Below are positions 1 through 11,642 of a stretch of 64,000 nucleotides of DNA, in pieces. Source of the stretch: Octopus sinensis (lineage: Eukaryota); contig NC_043014.1 in the NCBI RefSeq assembly GCF_006345805.1, positions 17,236,001 through 17,300,000 on the forward strand, written 5' to 3'. The number at the start of each line of letters is the position of its first letter. The first letter of the stretch is position 1. Below the pieces are notes generated by a model, which worked only from the letters and a program-made list of their open reading frames with translations, was not told where the DNA came from and ran no database searches. The position numbers and the translations under genes were made by a program.

Positions 1-80
1 GTACCACAGGCACAGGAGCCAGTCAGTGGCAATGATCACACTCGGATGGTGCTTTTAATGTTCCAATGGCATGGGTGCCA
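1..80 (-). repeat. Degenerate unit of the RTE 3'UTR repeat
   Basis: Contains ggatggtgctttta..gt, the core of the repeat at 18180-18780 and 39660-40200; diverged and cut by the window edge. Confidence 0.45.
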
Positions 81-750
81 TATATATATATATATATTTG
101 ATAATAATATCAACAAGGATATATGCCACTACAGATTTTTCCATTGTAGTCTTTAAGTTTCTTGCTAGAATCAGCAACTGTTTTAAAATTTTTTTTTTTT
201 TTATTAACCTCTAAAGGATGAAAAATTAGCAAGAGAAGCAGTTTCCAGTCTTATACCATCTAGGGTATGAATTTATTTTCCTTGTTGCTACTGGAGCTTT
301 TGGAAATCAAAACAATCCAATATATAGTCACACAGGTGATTTTTATATTTGCTGTATATTTTGCTAGATTTTTCCAGGACTTCTGAGAATCCTTAAAATT
401 CAGATTTACTGCTAATCAAAATGAAATTGGTGTCCTTTTCTAATCCACAATAAAAAATTTCAGAAAATCAATGTGAAAAAAAAATTTGCAAAAACTGTTG
501 GAGACTGTAACTGAGTTGTTTATGTGGTGAAATTACACATTTTCACAAGAATACTAATGACTTTAGTACTGAGAATTCCATTTAAAGTTTTGGGCAATTG
601 GTAACAAAAAGGAACAAGAAAATTAGAGGGAATCATTTTTTGTCACAACTGATGTGAGGATCAAAGCTGAAGCTTTAATACTTCGTAAACTGTGTATGTA
701 TGCATGTACATGAATAAAATACAATAAAAGAATACAATAAAATATAACAA

Positions 751-1147
751 CAGGAGTGGCTCTGTGGTTAGTAGCTTGCTAACCAACCACATGGTTCTGG
801 GTTCAGTCCCACTGCGTGGCATCTTGGGCAAGTGTCTTCTGCTATAGCCCCGGGCCGACCAATGCCTTGTGAGTGGATTTGGTAGACGGAAACTGAAAAA
901 AGCCTGTCGTATATATGTATATATATATATGTGTGTGTATATGTGTTTGTGTGTCTGTGTTTGTCCCCCTAGCATTGCTTGACAACCGATGCTGGTGCGT
1001 TTATGTCCCCGTCACTTAGCGGTTCGGCAAAAGAGACCGATAGAATAAGTACTGGGCTTACAAAGAATAAGTCCCGAGGTCGATTTGCTCGACTAAAGGC
1101 GGTGCTCCAGCATGGCCGCAGTCAAATGACTGAAACAAGTAAAAGAG
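751..1147 (+). mobile_element. tRNA-derived SINE, family A (CORE-like centre, internal TA/TG microsatellite)
   Basis: A-box-like TGGCTCTGTGG, B-box GGTTCAGTCCC, cttgggcaagtg segment, tail ...gactgaaacaagtaaaaga; near-identical copies at 9864, 11002, 29992 and 53262. Confidence 0.9.
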
Positions 1148-1718
1148 TATATATGTGTGTGTGTATGTGTGTGTGCGTGTGTGTGAGCGTCTGTGTGTGT
1201 GTGTTTGTGTAGCATAGATAAGTAGGTAGATATGAATGTGCATTACTCGTTTTGATATAGCTCTAGAAATTATATGACTTCTTCACGGTGTAAATATTTT
1301 GTTTACTGCCAGCCAATGAAAATGATATTGGAGGTTGTGATACTGTCGTCTGCTTTGAAGTTTTGAAGAAAGAATTCAATTTCTCCGGGGCAATGTCGCG
1401 AGACGGGCAATTATATACTCATAGTCTCTCACACACACACACACGTACACACACACACACCTACACGTGAATAGGTATTTGTTGGCGAATGTATATTTAT
1501 GCACATATGAGCTTGCGCGTTCATCTATGTTTATCTGTGACTGTATTCACGCACAATATGCGTAAGAAAAAAAATAACATATATACACACATATGTATAC
1601 ATTCATAATCATGGATGTGTTCATAACGTACACACACACTTATACACGCACGCACACACACACACATATATATAAATATAAATATAGATATGTGTGTATA
1701 TATGTATATATATGTATA

Positions 1719-2000
1719 TATTAATTATAATAAATGGTTAATTGCAACAAGTTGCTCAAAACCACATACCGAACATATTAGAAATAGCAGCCAAATTGAT
1801 CACTATTTCTCCTACTAATAAAAAAAAAAATTTTTTAAAGTCTCCACAAACAAACAGAATTTGTAACTTGTATATGGTAAAAAGAAAGAAAATAACGAAA
1901 TCCCAAGGAGAAATAGTGATCAATTTGGCTGCTATTTCTAATATTTTCGGTATGTGGTTTTGAGCAACTTGTTGCAATTAACCCTTTATTATAATTAATA
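1719..2000. repeat. Inverted repeat, 95-bp arms (1719-1813 / 1906-2000), 92-bp spacer
   Basis: Arms are reverse complements with 2 mismatches; a related sequence (agaaatagcagccaaa) lies at ~44915-45010. Confidence 0.95.
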
Positions 2001-2106
2001 TAATCCTTACCAAATATGGTCTTTTCCATACCGATAAATCTACTAGGTGAAATTTATTAATTTTATTAAATTAATTATATTTCACCCTTTTTGCGTGTGC
2101 GTATTT

Positions 2107-2636
2107 GTTTGTATCGAGTTTTGTACGTATGTATATGTATGTGTGAGTGTGTATATGGTTATGTTTGTGGGTGTGTGTATATATGTATGTGTATTTGTGT
2201 GTATTGTGTAAGGGGTTGTATCTTTATATTTATACTTGTATGTATGGATTTTATTTATCATGATTATTTTAATAAGAATTTTTGTATGTAGGTATGGGTG
2301 TGTATGTATGTGTGCGTGTGTACAAGTGTAAGTGTAGATGTGGGAGTGTATGAGTGCTATGTAATTGGGTGTGATTATTTATGCACTTGTATACATGTAA
2401 GTTTTGAATGTGCGTGTGATTGCACCCGTCTGCGTGTACACACTCATTTAATATGAGTTTTCGTTTATCATGGTCGTTTTATTAAAGATTGTTTGTATCG
2501 AGTTTTGTACGTATGTATATGTATGTGTGAGTGTGTATATGGTTATGTTTGTGGGTGTGTGTATATATGTGTGTGTATTTGTGTGTATTGTGTTAGGGGT
2601 TGTATCATTATATTTATACTTGTATGTATGGATTTC
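2107..2636 (+). repeat. TG-rich low-complexity region with a ~145-bp direct duplication
   Basis: tttgtatcgagttttgtacgtatg...atacttgtatgtatggattt occurs at ~2107 and ~2491. Confidence 0.8.
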
Positions 2637-3122
2637 ATTTCCATTCATAATTTTTTTAAAACGTTTGATATCCACGTGCAAAGAATTGTTCAGTTTTCTT
2701 TTGAGTGTTTATGTATGTGTGAATGTGTGTGTGGGTGTGTGTGATTGTTTGCGTAATTTATTTATCTGTATGGGTGCGGGTGTTTATATATTGGTATATA
2801 TCGTGTTCTGTATGTATGTGTATGTATATGTATGTGTGAGCGGGTATATGTATATTGTTTATGAATGAGTGTTGTATGTGTGTGTGAGGAAGTATGAATA
2901 ATAATGTGTTGAGTGTATGAGCATGTGTGTGTATATATAGTTTATTTTTTGTTTTTTGTTTTTTGTTTTTTGCTTGTTGTTTTTTGGTTTTTGTACATCT
3001 TTAAATATGAGAACTTTAATAATAGGTTTTTTTATATTCAATTGTTTATAGGGTTTATTTTAGATTATTTTAGATTATATATTGATTATATTTTAAAATA
3101 TTGATATTTTTAGATCAAAAAT

Positions 3123-3166
3123 CCACCTGAAGAATGTCAGTAGAAGACAGGAAACAATTGTAGTGG
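3123..3166 (+). ncRNA. Minimal type I hammerhead ribozyme motif
   Basis: ccac-CTGAAGA-a tgtc agtagaa gaca g-GAAAC-AATT-GTA-gtgg: stem I 4 bp, stem II 4 bp closed by A.G, stem III 2 bp with palindromic loop, GUA cleavage triplet. Confidence 0.75.
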
Positions 3167-3300
3167 CGGTTTATTTAATTTATATTAAAATTTTATGTAT
3201 TGATTAAGTCTTTCCTTGTTTGATTTTAAAATAGTGGTTTTGTCTCGAATTATATTATATATGTATGTATATATATATATGTATGTATATATATATATAT

Positions 3301-4882
3301 CATCATCGTCGTTTAACGTCCGTTCTCCATGCTAGCATGGGTTGGACGGTTCGACCGGGGTTCTGGGAAGCCAGAAGGCTGCACCAGGCTCCAGTCTAAT
3401 TTGGCAATGTTTCTACAGCTGGATGCCCTTCCTAACGCCAACCACTCCGTGAGTGTAGTGGGTGCTTTTTACGTGCCACCTGCACAGGTGCCAGGCGGGG
3501 CTGGCAACGGCCACGGTCAGATTGGTGTATTTTATGTGCCACCGGCACGGAAGCCAGTCGAGGCGGTGCTGGCATCGGCCACGAGTCGGATAGTGCTTTT
3601 TACGTACCACCAGACCAGGGATCCTGGCTGGTTCAATTCGATTTCGATTTCGCTTGCCCCAACATGTCTTCACAAGCAAAGGGGGTTGGCAAGGGTGCCT
3701 GTCGTACGGTCGCATTGGAGTATTTTACGTGCCACGGCCACGAGTCGGATAGTGCTTTTTACGTACCACCAGACCAGGGATCCTGGCTGGTTCAATTCGA
3801 TTTCGATTTCGCTTGCCCCAACATGTCTTCACAAGCAAAGGGGGTTGGCATGGGTGCCTGTCGTACGGTCGCATTGGAGTATTTTACGTGCCACGGCCCC
3901 GAGTCGGATAGTGCTTTTTACGTACCACCAGGCCAGGGATCCTGGCTGGTTCAATTCGGTTTCGATTTCGCTTGCCCCAACATGTCTTCGCAAGCATGGG
4001 GGGTTGGGATGGGTGTCTGTCGTCGGATGAGGTTCTATATCGACTTCGCTTGCCTCAACCGGTCTTTGTGTCCAAGGGAGGAAAGGCATTCATAAGTGGG
4101 CTGGGCTCACTTGTCCTGCCTGGTCTTCTCACGTACAGAATATTTCCAAAGGTCTCGGTCTCTGGTCATTTCCTCAGTGAGGCCTAAAGTTCGAAGGTCG
4201 TGCTTCACCACCTCGTCCCAGGTTTTCATGGGTCTACCTCTTCCACGGGTTCCCTCAACTGCTAGGGATTGGCACTTTCTCACACACCTATCTTCATCCA
4301 TTCTCGCCACATGACCATACCAGCGCAATCGTCTCTCTTGCACACCACAACTGATGCTTCTTAGGTACAACATTTCTCTCAAGGTGCTAACGCTCTGTCG
4401 TGTATGTACACTGACATTACACATCCATCGGAGCATACTGGCTTCATTCCTCACGAGCTTACGCATGTCCTCAGCAGTCACAGCCCATGTTTCGCTGCCA
4501 TGTAGCATGGCTGTTTGTACACACGCATCATACAGTCTGCCTTTTACTCTGAGCGAGAGGCCTTTAGTCACCAGCAGAGGTAACAGCTCCCTAAACTTTG
4601 CCCAGGCTATTCTTATTCTAGCAGTTACACTTTCAGCGCACCCACCCCCACTACTGACTTGGTCACCTAGATAACGGAAGCTATCAACTACTTCTAGTTT
4701 TTCCCCCTGGAAAGTGACGGAAGTTGTTTTCTGCAGATTTTCGGAGGTTAATGCTCCCGAGCATCTGCCACATACAAAAACTATCTTCCCAGTTAGCCTA
4801 CCTTTGACATTGCTGCACCTCTTATGTGTCCATAGCTTACACTGGGTACATCTTATAGAGTTTCTACCTACACCTTTTCTAC
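3301..4882 (-). mobile_element. RTE-clade LINE, 5'-truncated (RT C-terminus plus 3'UTR with (GAT)n tail)
   Basis: ORF 4107-4886 has FRYLG, MLHGSETW and RRLRWYGHV and matches 38842-39600; terminal ...ggacgttaaacgacgatgatg; flanked by (TA)n. Confidence 0.95.
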
Positions 4883-4884
4883 CC

Positions 4885-4918
<34 letters not shown>

Positions 4919-5148
4919 GTATGTGTATATATGTATGTATGTGTATGTATGTATGTGTATATATGTATGTATATATATGTATATATGTATATATATGTAT
5001 ATATATAGATATTTATGTATATATGTATATATATATATGTATATATTTATGTATATGTATGTATATATGTATGTATGTATATATATATATGTATGTATGT
5101 ATGTATATATGTATGTATATATATATGTATATATGTATGTATATATAT
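4883..5148. repeat. (TA)n/(TATG)n microsatellite
   Basis: Seen directly in the sequence. Confidence 0.98.
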
Positions 5149-5405
5149 AATTGAGCAAATAGTTCTGCAACCAACAAGGGCAGATAATATACTGGATCTC
5201 TGCTTCACAAACAATATGGATATTATCCATAATGTTAAAGTGATGCCGACAATGATCTCAGATCACAACATAATAGAGCTGTCTATGTATGGACCAAAAG
5301 CCCCTGTAGACACACAGCCTATACGAAGCATCCATCATCTCTCCAACTTAAACTTTCATAAAGCAAACTAGAAGTTGATTGAGAAAGAGGTCCTCAAATG
5401 GGAGT
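5149..5405 (+). pseudogene. CR1-type LINE endonuclease (APE) C-terminal fragment
   Basis: [15 protein letters not shown]...ISDHNII...LNFHKAN*; the PTR/LDL/SDH motifs are typical of CR1 APE. Confidence 0.8.
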
Positions 5406-5957
5406 GGTTCATCTGGGACTCCCGACAAGAAGTGATCCAGTTTAGTTTTAAAGAAACCCACATCCACACCATGTAAGTCTCTCAGGCATTTAGGGAGGAT
5501 GTTAAAGAGCTGTGGTCCTCTGAAACCCAAGCTGTTGCAGTATCTGGTGCTGTATTTTGATGATGATGTTGGAATCTTTGGCACCATGCAGTGGCACCCC
5601 GTTCTGCGGTTGGGGCAACTTTGAATGCCAAAGTTTGGGACCAGACCCTCCAGGATTTTCCAGATGTATATCACTGCATATCTCTCCTGCCTTCGCTCTA
5701 GGGAGAAGAGGTTTAATACTTTCAGTCTTTCCCAGTAGCTGATATTTTGCATTGAGACGATCTTCTTTGTGTAGCTTCTTTGAATTGCTTTGAGTTCTGC
5801 TGTTAGTTTCATATTGTGTGGTGACCATCGTTGGGAGCAGTAGTCCAAGCGGCTGTGGACGAATGTTTTCCAGAGGACCATTAGTGTCTCCTTCTCTCTT
5901 GTTCTGAAAGTTTGGAGAATCCATCCAGCTAGCCGTCTGCATTTTATCACCAGATTA
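5406..5957 (-). pseudogene. CR1-type LINE RT C-terminal fragment
   Basis: SRLDYCSQRWSP, IQRSYTK, YWERLKVLNLFSLERR, LFNILP, FKTKLDHFL...DEP. Confidence 0.85.
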
Positions 5958-6504
<547 letters not shown>

Positions 6505-6710
6505 TGAAATGGATAAATGAATTATCTTGTTACGGATTATTCAAAATTTAACCGATACCTGGGTAGCAAAAATCACAACAGAAAAAACACGGTTGAAGTT
6601 ACGACCATGGTGTGTCGCAACCATGCCTTAGCGCGGATAATTGAAGTTTGATATATTTAGTGAAGGGAAGAAATGGAGCTGAACGAAGATTCTACAGAAT
6701 TCCTTTTATT

Positions 6711-6796
6711 ATTTTCTACACATGTTTCAAAGGCCGCAAATTTCTAAATTCGGATTGAATAAGGAGACCATTTTGCTGCTTTCTCTTCAGGAAAAT
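6711..6796 (-). ncRNA. Type I hammerhead ribozyme motif with long stem II
   Basis: On minus: attttc-CTGAAGA-gaaagcagcaaa...tttgcggccttt-GAAAC-ATGT-GTA-gaaaat; stem I 6 bp; palindromic ACATGT in stem III. Confidence 0.75.
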
Positions 6797-7400
6797 CCAG
6801 GAATTTAAATCTCCAAACAAATGCGCAGCAAGCAATTCGAACAAAACGCTCCCTAGGAGCCCATGGAATGGCACAAACTGTCTCTCAATGTGCGTTGACG
6901 TCAGTGGGGTGGAGGCCAATGTAAAAGTCCGTTGGAATAAATCGAGGTCAAACTGCGGTCAAACCTGGTAGGGGAAGAAATACTGAAAACCAAATGGTAT
7001 GAATATATTCTGTATAACTAATGTTAATGTTCGGATTGTTTTAAGAATTAAGGCTATCTTATTTAGGTGTATGAACCTACCTACATGTATGTGTGTGTGC
7101 GCCTGTGTATGTGTGGCAGTATGTTAGGAAGCAGCTAGAGGGAAGAGTACTGCTGATATTGTTGGTCAAGCGGCTGATAAAAGCCTGTGTCTGTGTGTTC
7201 GTCTGTGGCCAGCTTGTATACAGATGACTTGTCAAATCAAGGGGCGTATAATCCCTGATATTGCTTCTAAAAAAGTAGCAGACCATACGCTAAAAGGGGA
7301 GTAATTTCCCCTTGCAAATTTAATTCAAAGATTTTTTCAAAATTTTTTCCAAAATTTTTTTCCTTCTCTTAGGACATCAAGGTGTTAATTATCTTAGGTT

Positions 7401-8492
7401 TCAATTGTATGCAAGAAATGTGTGCCGCTGCCAGTGGGGACATCTAAAAGAATTTTGCAAAATCCCGTTAACTAAGCGCCCTCGGGCGAACAAAATGTGA
7501 AAAAGTTCAGAGTTGCAGAGATTACATATTCTTTTGCCTCTATCAAACGGTAGAGACACCGATAAAATCGACCATTCCAGTCTAAATGCTGAATTCGCGT
7601 TCCTCAAACGCCAGATCAATTTACTATGTCCTGTCGCGTGTTGTTTCTTAAAATCGCGAAATGTTGTGAAGTGGTTCGATATTCTCACGGCCAATTTTGA
7701 TGATGACGCTCCGATATACAAGTAGACATCTGATTCAGTGTAAACTCTGCATTGGTAAATGGCATTTCTAATCTTGGAATTACTAGATAAGAACCTTATT
7801 CTATTGGGATTTGCTTCCGATATTAATACGGTGTTCTTATTACTATAATGATTGTGAGAACTGCGGCTGTCTTCGACATTGTACACCCCATTATCAATAC
7901 TATTTAATGGAATATCACCTGTATATTCCCTGTCACTGAGATCGCTGTGATTGCTAATGTCCGTGATCTTACTGTTGTCAAAACCGTTGCTAAAGGTGTT
8001 ATTAGGACTCTCTACATTAATGACTCGGACAGTGCTCTCATCCCTATTACCATTACTAACGTTAGTGTCGTCACCATTGCTCCTATCCTTATTCCTATTA
8101 TTAACTCCATGGCTGGTATGGAGATTGCTAATCTCTGTGCCGGTTCTATTATCATTATTACTATTATTATTACTGCGCGTTATTCTGGCATTAGACGGAG
8201 CTGCGTCTCCGGACGAGGGTGATAGGGTCTTATTTAGCAGCTTATTGTTATGGGCGGAAATTATCTGGGAGAGATTTTTTGTGTTGGGGAAGGCTATCCT
8301 AACTTTGTGTGAGTTAACAGTGGCGTAATATCTGGAATTTCTGGGGAAATTACTGGCAATGGCTTGGCGAAACTGCAGGGGTAGATTAGATCTTATTTGT
8401 TTACCAAATGGAATTACAAACCAAATATATTTATTCCTGTTTTTGTAATGGGTCGGGGAGTCAACACTGGTTCTGATATGTCTACACAGCAA
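7401..8492 (-). CDS. Penelope-like RT-thumb/linker plus GIY-YIG endonuclease, 363 aa open frame, no RT core
   Basis: IWFVIPF...NFP...VRIAF..N...IISAHN (post-RT motif); AIY..YIG, RISNH..FR, EWSIL, CNLCNSE, CPH; C-terminus homologous to 40795-41061. Confidence 0.8.
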   Translation of the reverse strand: MLCRHIRTSVDSPTHYKNRNKYIWFVIPFGKQIRSNLPLQFRQAIASNFPRNSRYYATVNSHKVRIAFPNTKNLSQIISAHNNKLLNKTLSPSSGDAAPSNARITRSNNNSNNDNRTGTEISNLHTSHGVNNRNKDRSNGDDTNVSNGNRDESTVRVINVESPNNTFSNGFDNSKITDISNHSDLSDREYTGDIPLNSIDNGVYNVEDSRSSHNHYSNKNTVLISEANPNRIRFLSSNSKIRNAIYQCRVYTESDVYLYIGASSSKLAVRISNHFTTFRDFKKQHATGHSKLIWRLRNANSAFRLEWSILSVSLPFDRGKRICNLCNSELFHILFARGRLVNGILQNSFRCPHWQRHTFLAYN

Positions 8493-8657
8493 CGGAGTAA
8501 AAGGATGGCATAGAAATTTTATTGCTACTATGGGAAATTACTGCTCTGCTTTGCAAGTTCTCTTTTTACGAGCGGTCTCCGGGAACATATCAACTTGCAT
8601 ATGAAGGCATTACTGTGCGTGTGTGCATATATAGGTGCAGGATGTCACAGTAAACAA

Positions 8658-8920
8658 CATCATCATCATCATCATTTAGTGTCCGCTTTCCGTGCTAGCA
8701 CGGGTTGGATGGTTCAACTGGGGTCTGGGTAGCCAGAAGGCTGCACCAGGCCCAGTCTGTTCTGGAAATGTTTCTACGGCTGGATGCCTTTCCTAATGCC
8801 AACTACTCCGTGAGTGTTGTGGGTGCTTTTTACGTGCCACTGGCACAGGTGTCAGACAGGGCTGGCAAATGGCCACAGTCGGATGGTGCTTTTTACGTGC
8901 CACCGGCACGGGGGCCAGGC
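8658..8920 (-). mobile_element. RTE 3'-terminal fragment
   Basis: (cat)n-ttagtgtccgctttccgtgctagc...ggatgcctttcctaatgccaac plus two 3'UTR repeat units. Confidence 0.9.
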
Positions 8921-9863
8921 GACGAAAACAAATGAGTTAAGTACACAAATAATAAGAGGAAAGAATAGAAAACTGGATAAGTAATACACAGAAAGAACCC
9001 TTCGTATGTTGTCGGCTGTCTATCTACTCCTCATTTCTAGCATTCAACGACAACTATTCCCATAAATTACCAAAATAAAATTTGGGATTTCTGGACGGTT
9101 GAAGTTGGGAACTAAAACAGGAAAGTGGAGACAGAGAAGGAAACCAAACGAAAACAAGCGTGGAGGGTCGTTGGACCAAAATGAGGGGGGGATAATAAAA
9201 GGGAAAAGAGAGGAGTAGAAGACATCCAGTTGTTAGAAAAAGAAAGAGGGCCACATATAAATAGTTATGGTACATTCTGTTAAGAATGTAGAACAGTATA
9301 AAGATCGCCTACCTTCAGATTTAATCCTGTGCTGTCCAGTGGTAATAGATTTACTTCCAGGTTTGTGTTTGGGCATCTCTGCCGTGTGTGAACAGGGAAC
9401 TGGAAAAAAATTGGAGTCAATAAGAAGGGACAGAGTTGGACATTTTTATTTTTTTAATCACTGCAATGGTTTCCACGCAACCTGCTTCTCCAGGTGAGCA
9501 GGGAGTTGATTATGCAACCGTTTTCCTCTGTTACGAGATCTGGTTGTGTTTCCTCAGGTGATATATAAATATTCCTGCCCAAAGTTTAAAATTCTTGGCT
9601 TCAAGACCATCCCATCCGTCTGTTGTGGCCTAAATTTAGTAGTAGTAGAAGTCTGAGCTTATCAGGGCGTGTTGTTGCTGAAGGACTGTTGGAGGACTAT
9701 GTCATGTGGAAACAATTGTAGTGATTCAAGAAATAAATGCCCAAACATAGCCCTTCTTGTTGGACACAATTTTCTCAATTATATGTAATACATAATATAT
9801 ATTCATACAGTAGTACCTCAGTTTATGAACGCCTCTGATCACGAATAAATCGTACTTTATATA

Positions 9864-10256
9864 GGCGCAGGAGTGGCTGTGTGGTAAGTAGCTTGCTTAC
9901 CAACCACATGGTTCCGGGTTCAGTCCCACTGCGTGGCACCTTGGGCAAGTGTCTTCTACTATAGCCTCGGGCCGACCAAAGCCTTGTGAGTGGATTTGGT
10001 AGATGGAAACTGAAAGAAGCCTGTCGTATATATGTATATATATATATGCGTGTGTTTGTGTGTGTGTGTTTGTCCCCCTAGTATTGCTTGACAACCGATG
10101 CTGGTGAGTTTATGTCCCTGTAACTTAGCAGTTCGGCCAAAGAGACCGATAGAATAAGTACTGGGCTTACAAAGAATAAGCCCTGGGGTCAAGTTGCTCG
10201 ATTAAAGGTGGTGCTCCAGCATGGCCGCAGTCAAATGACTGAAACAAGTAAAAAAA
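9864..10256 (+). mobile_element. SINE family A, full length
   Basis: Head ggcgcaggagtggctgtgtggtaagtagc through tail gaaacaagtaaaa. Confidence 0.92.
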
Positions 10257-11001
10257 TATATATAGGATCTTTTCGGTTTGAACGGCAGTTTTTAACAATT
10301 TCTAGGTAACTAAAAAATGTTAAACTTCGTATACTGGTAGAATGTGTTAATAAAACATCTTTATACAGCATGGAATTTATATATTTAAACATAATTACAG
10401 AGTTGTTAGAAAAGAGTTTATTGTAGAAATAAGGGTGTGGGGCATGCAGATAATGTCTTAACAGCTGTTTCCAGAGTAGATGTGCTTATGGTGCATTTCT
10501 TAGCGAACTAAGATAAACTATTGTAGCCGACTGTTCAATCTTTAACAATCCTTAACTAAAAGGACTTGTTGGTGAACCATTCCTTCCAGCCTATGATGTT
10601 TGAGACATTTGGAAGACATCTGAGACATTTCACTAATAGCAAAGTTCTTGTCATCGTTTGTGCTTTACCTTGAAGGTGAAATATATGGGGTTTGAGAACG
10701 GCACGACTAGAGTGTGTGCCACCTGGAGCAGCCCTTGATTGTGCTCCAAATCCCGAAAACACTCCGAGGATTTTTCACCAGAGCCCCGTCTGCCAGGTTG
10801 TGGCTCTAATACCACTCGGTGTCAGACCAATCCGCCTTGGGAGGCCCTACCAGGGACTGAAGTTTCCGACGGCATACCTCTGACACTACCTATTGCCAGC
10901 ATCCCCACCACGGTGAGGAGAGGATGGACTTTGGGGACTCCTCGGAGTGTCTGTTTCTGCAACCGGCGGCTCCTCGGTCTTTCTGTCCCTGCATCTCTTT
11001 A

Positions 11002-11396
11002 CTCTTTTCTCTTTTACTTGTTTCAGTCATTTGACTGCGGCCATGCTGGAGCACCGCCTTCAGTCGAGCAAATCGACCCCAGGACTTATTCTTTTGTAAG
11101 CCCAGTACTTATTCTATCAGTCTCTCTCGCCGAACCGCTAAGTGACGGGGACGCAAACACACCAGCATCGGTTGTCAAGCAATGCTAGGGGGACAAACAC
11201 AGACACACAAACACACATACATATGTATACATATATACGACAGGCTTCTTTCAGTTTCCGTCTACCAAATCCACTCACAAGGCATTGGTCAGCCCGAGGC
11301 TATAGCAGAAGACACTTGCCCAAGACGCCACGCAGTGGGACTGAACCCAGAACCATGTGGTCGGTTAGCAAGCTACATGCCACACAGCCACTCTGC
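11002..11396 (-). mobile_element. SINE family A, full length
   Basis: Reverse complement of the 9864 copy. Confidence 0.9.
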
Positions 11397-11642
11397 GGAC
11401 AGTCTGCAGCAAACAGGATGTCTCTACATGCGGGATTGTTGGGGACCGCTTGTGAAATCCACATATTCCCACAAAACTTCTTCCAACTTCTTCGAGATGC
11501 TTTGAGGGTGGTAGAAGAAGCCGACTCAACCCACCCAGGGTGAATGGCGCAACAAGTACAAGTAAGTACACCCCAAAGGTCCTGAGGCTTATACAGCCCA
11601 ACACAACAGATACAAAATTGCCTCTGCCTCCTCATAATATAT

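Larger units (their letters stand above)
6501..8540 (-). mobile_element. Penelope-like element, 5'-truncated (GIY-YIG ORF, 3'UTR with hammerhead)
   Basis: GIY-YIG ORF 7401-8492; hammerhead at 6711-6796; the 6500-6800 segment is homologous to 40510-40800; ends in (TA)n. Confidence 0.85.

Noticed and set aside
9660-9730. ctgaagg...GAAACAATTGTA hammerhead-like motif and possible PLE relic at 9280-9800
   Set aside because: Core and stem I are broken, and the protein similarity is too weak to support by eye; likely a decayed relative of the 3123 motif.
10740-10990. GC-richer segment with a 10-bp inverted repeat (cactccgagg/cctcggagtg)
   Set aside because: Too short to define an element; no ORF or family match within the window.
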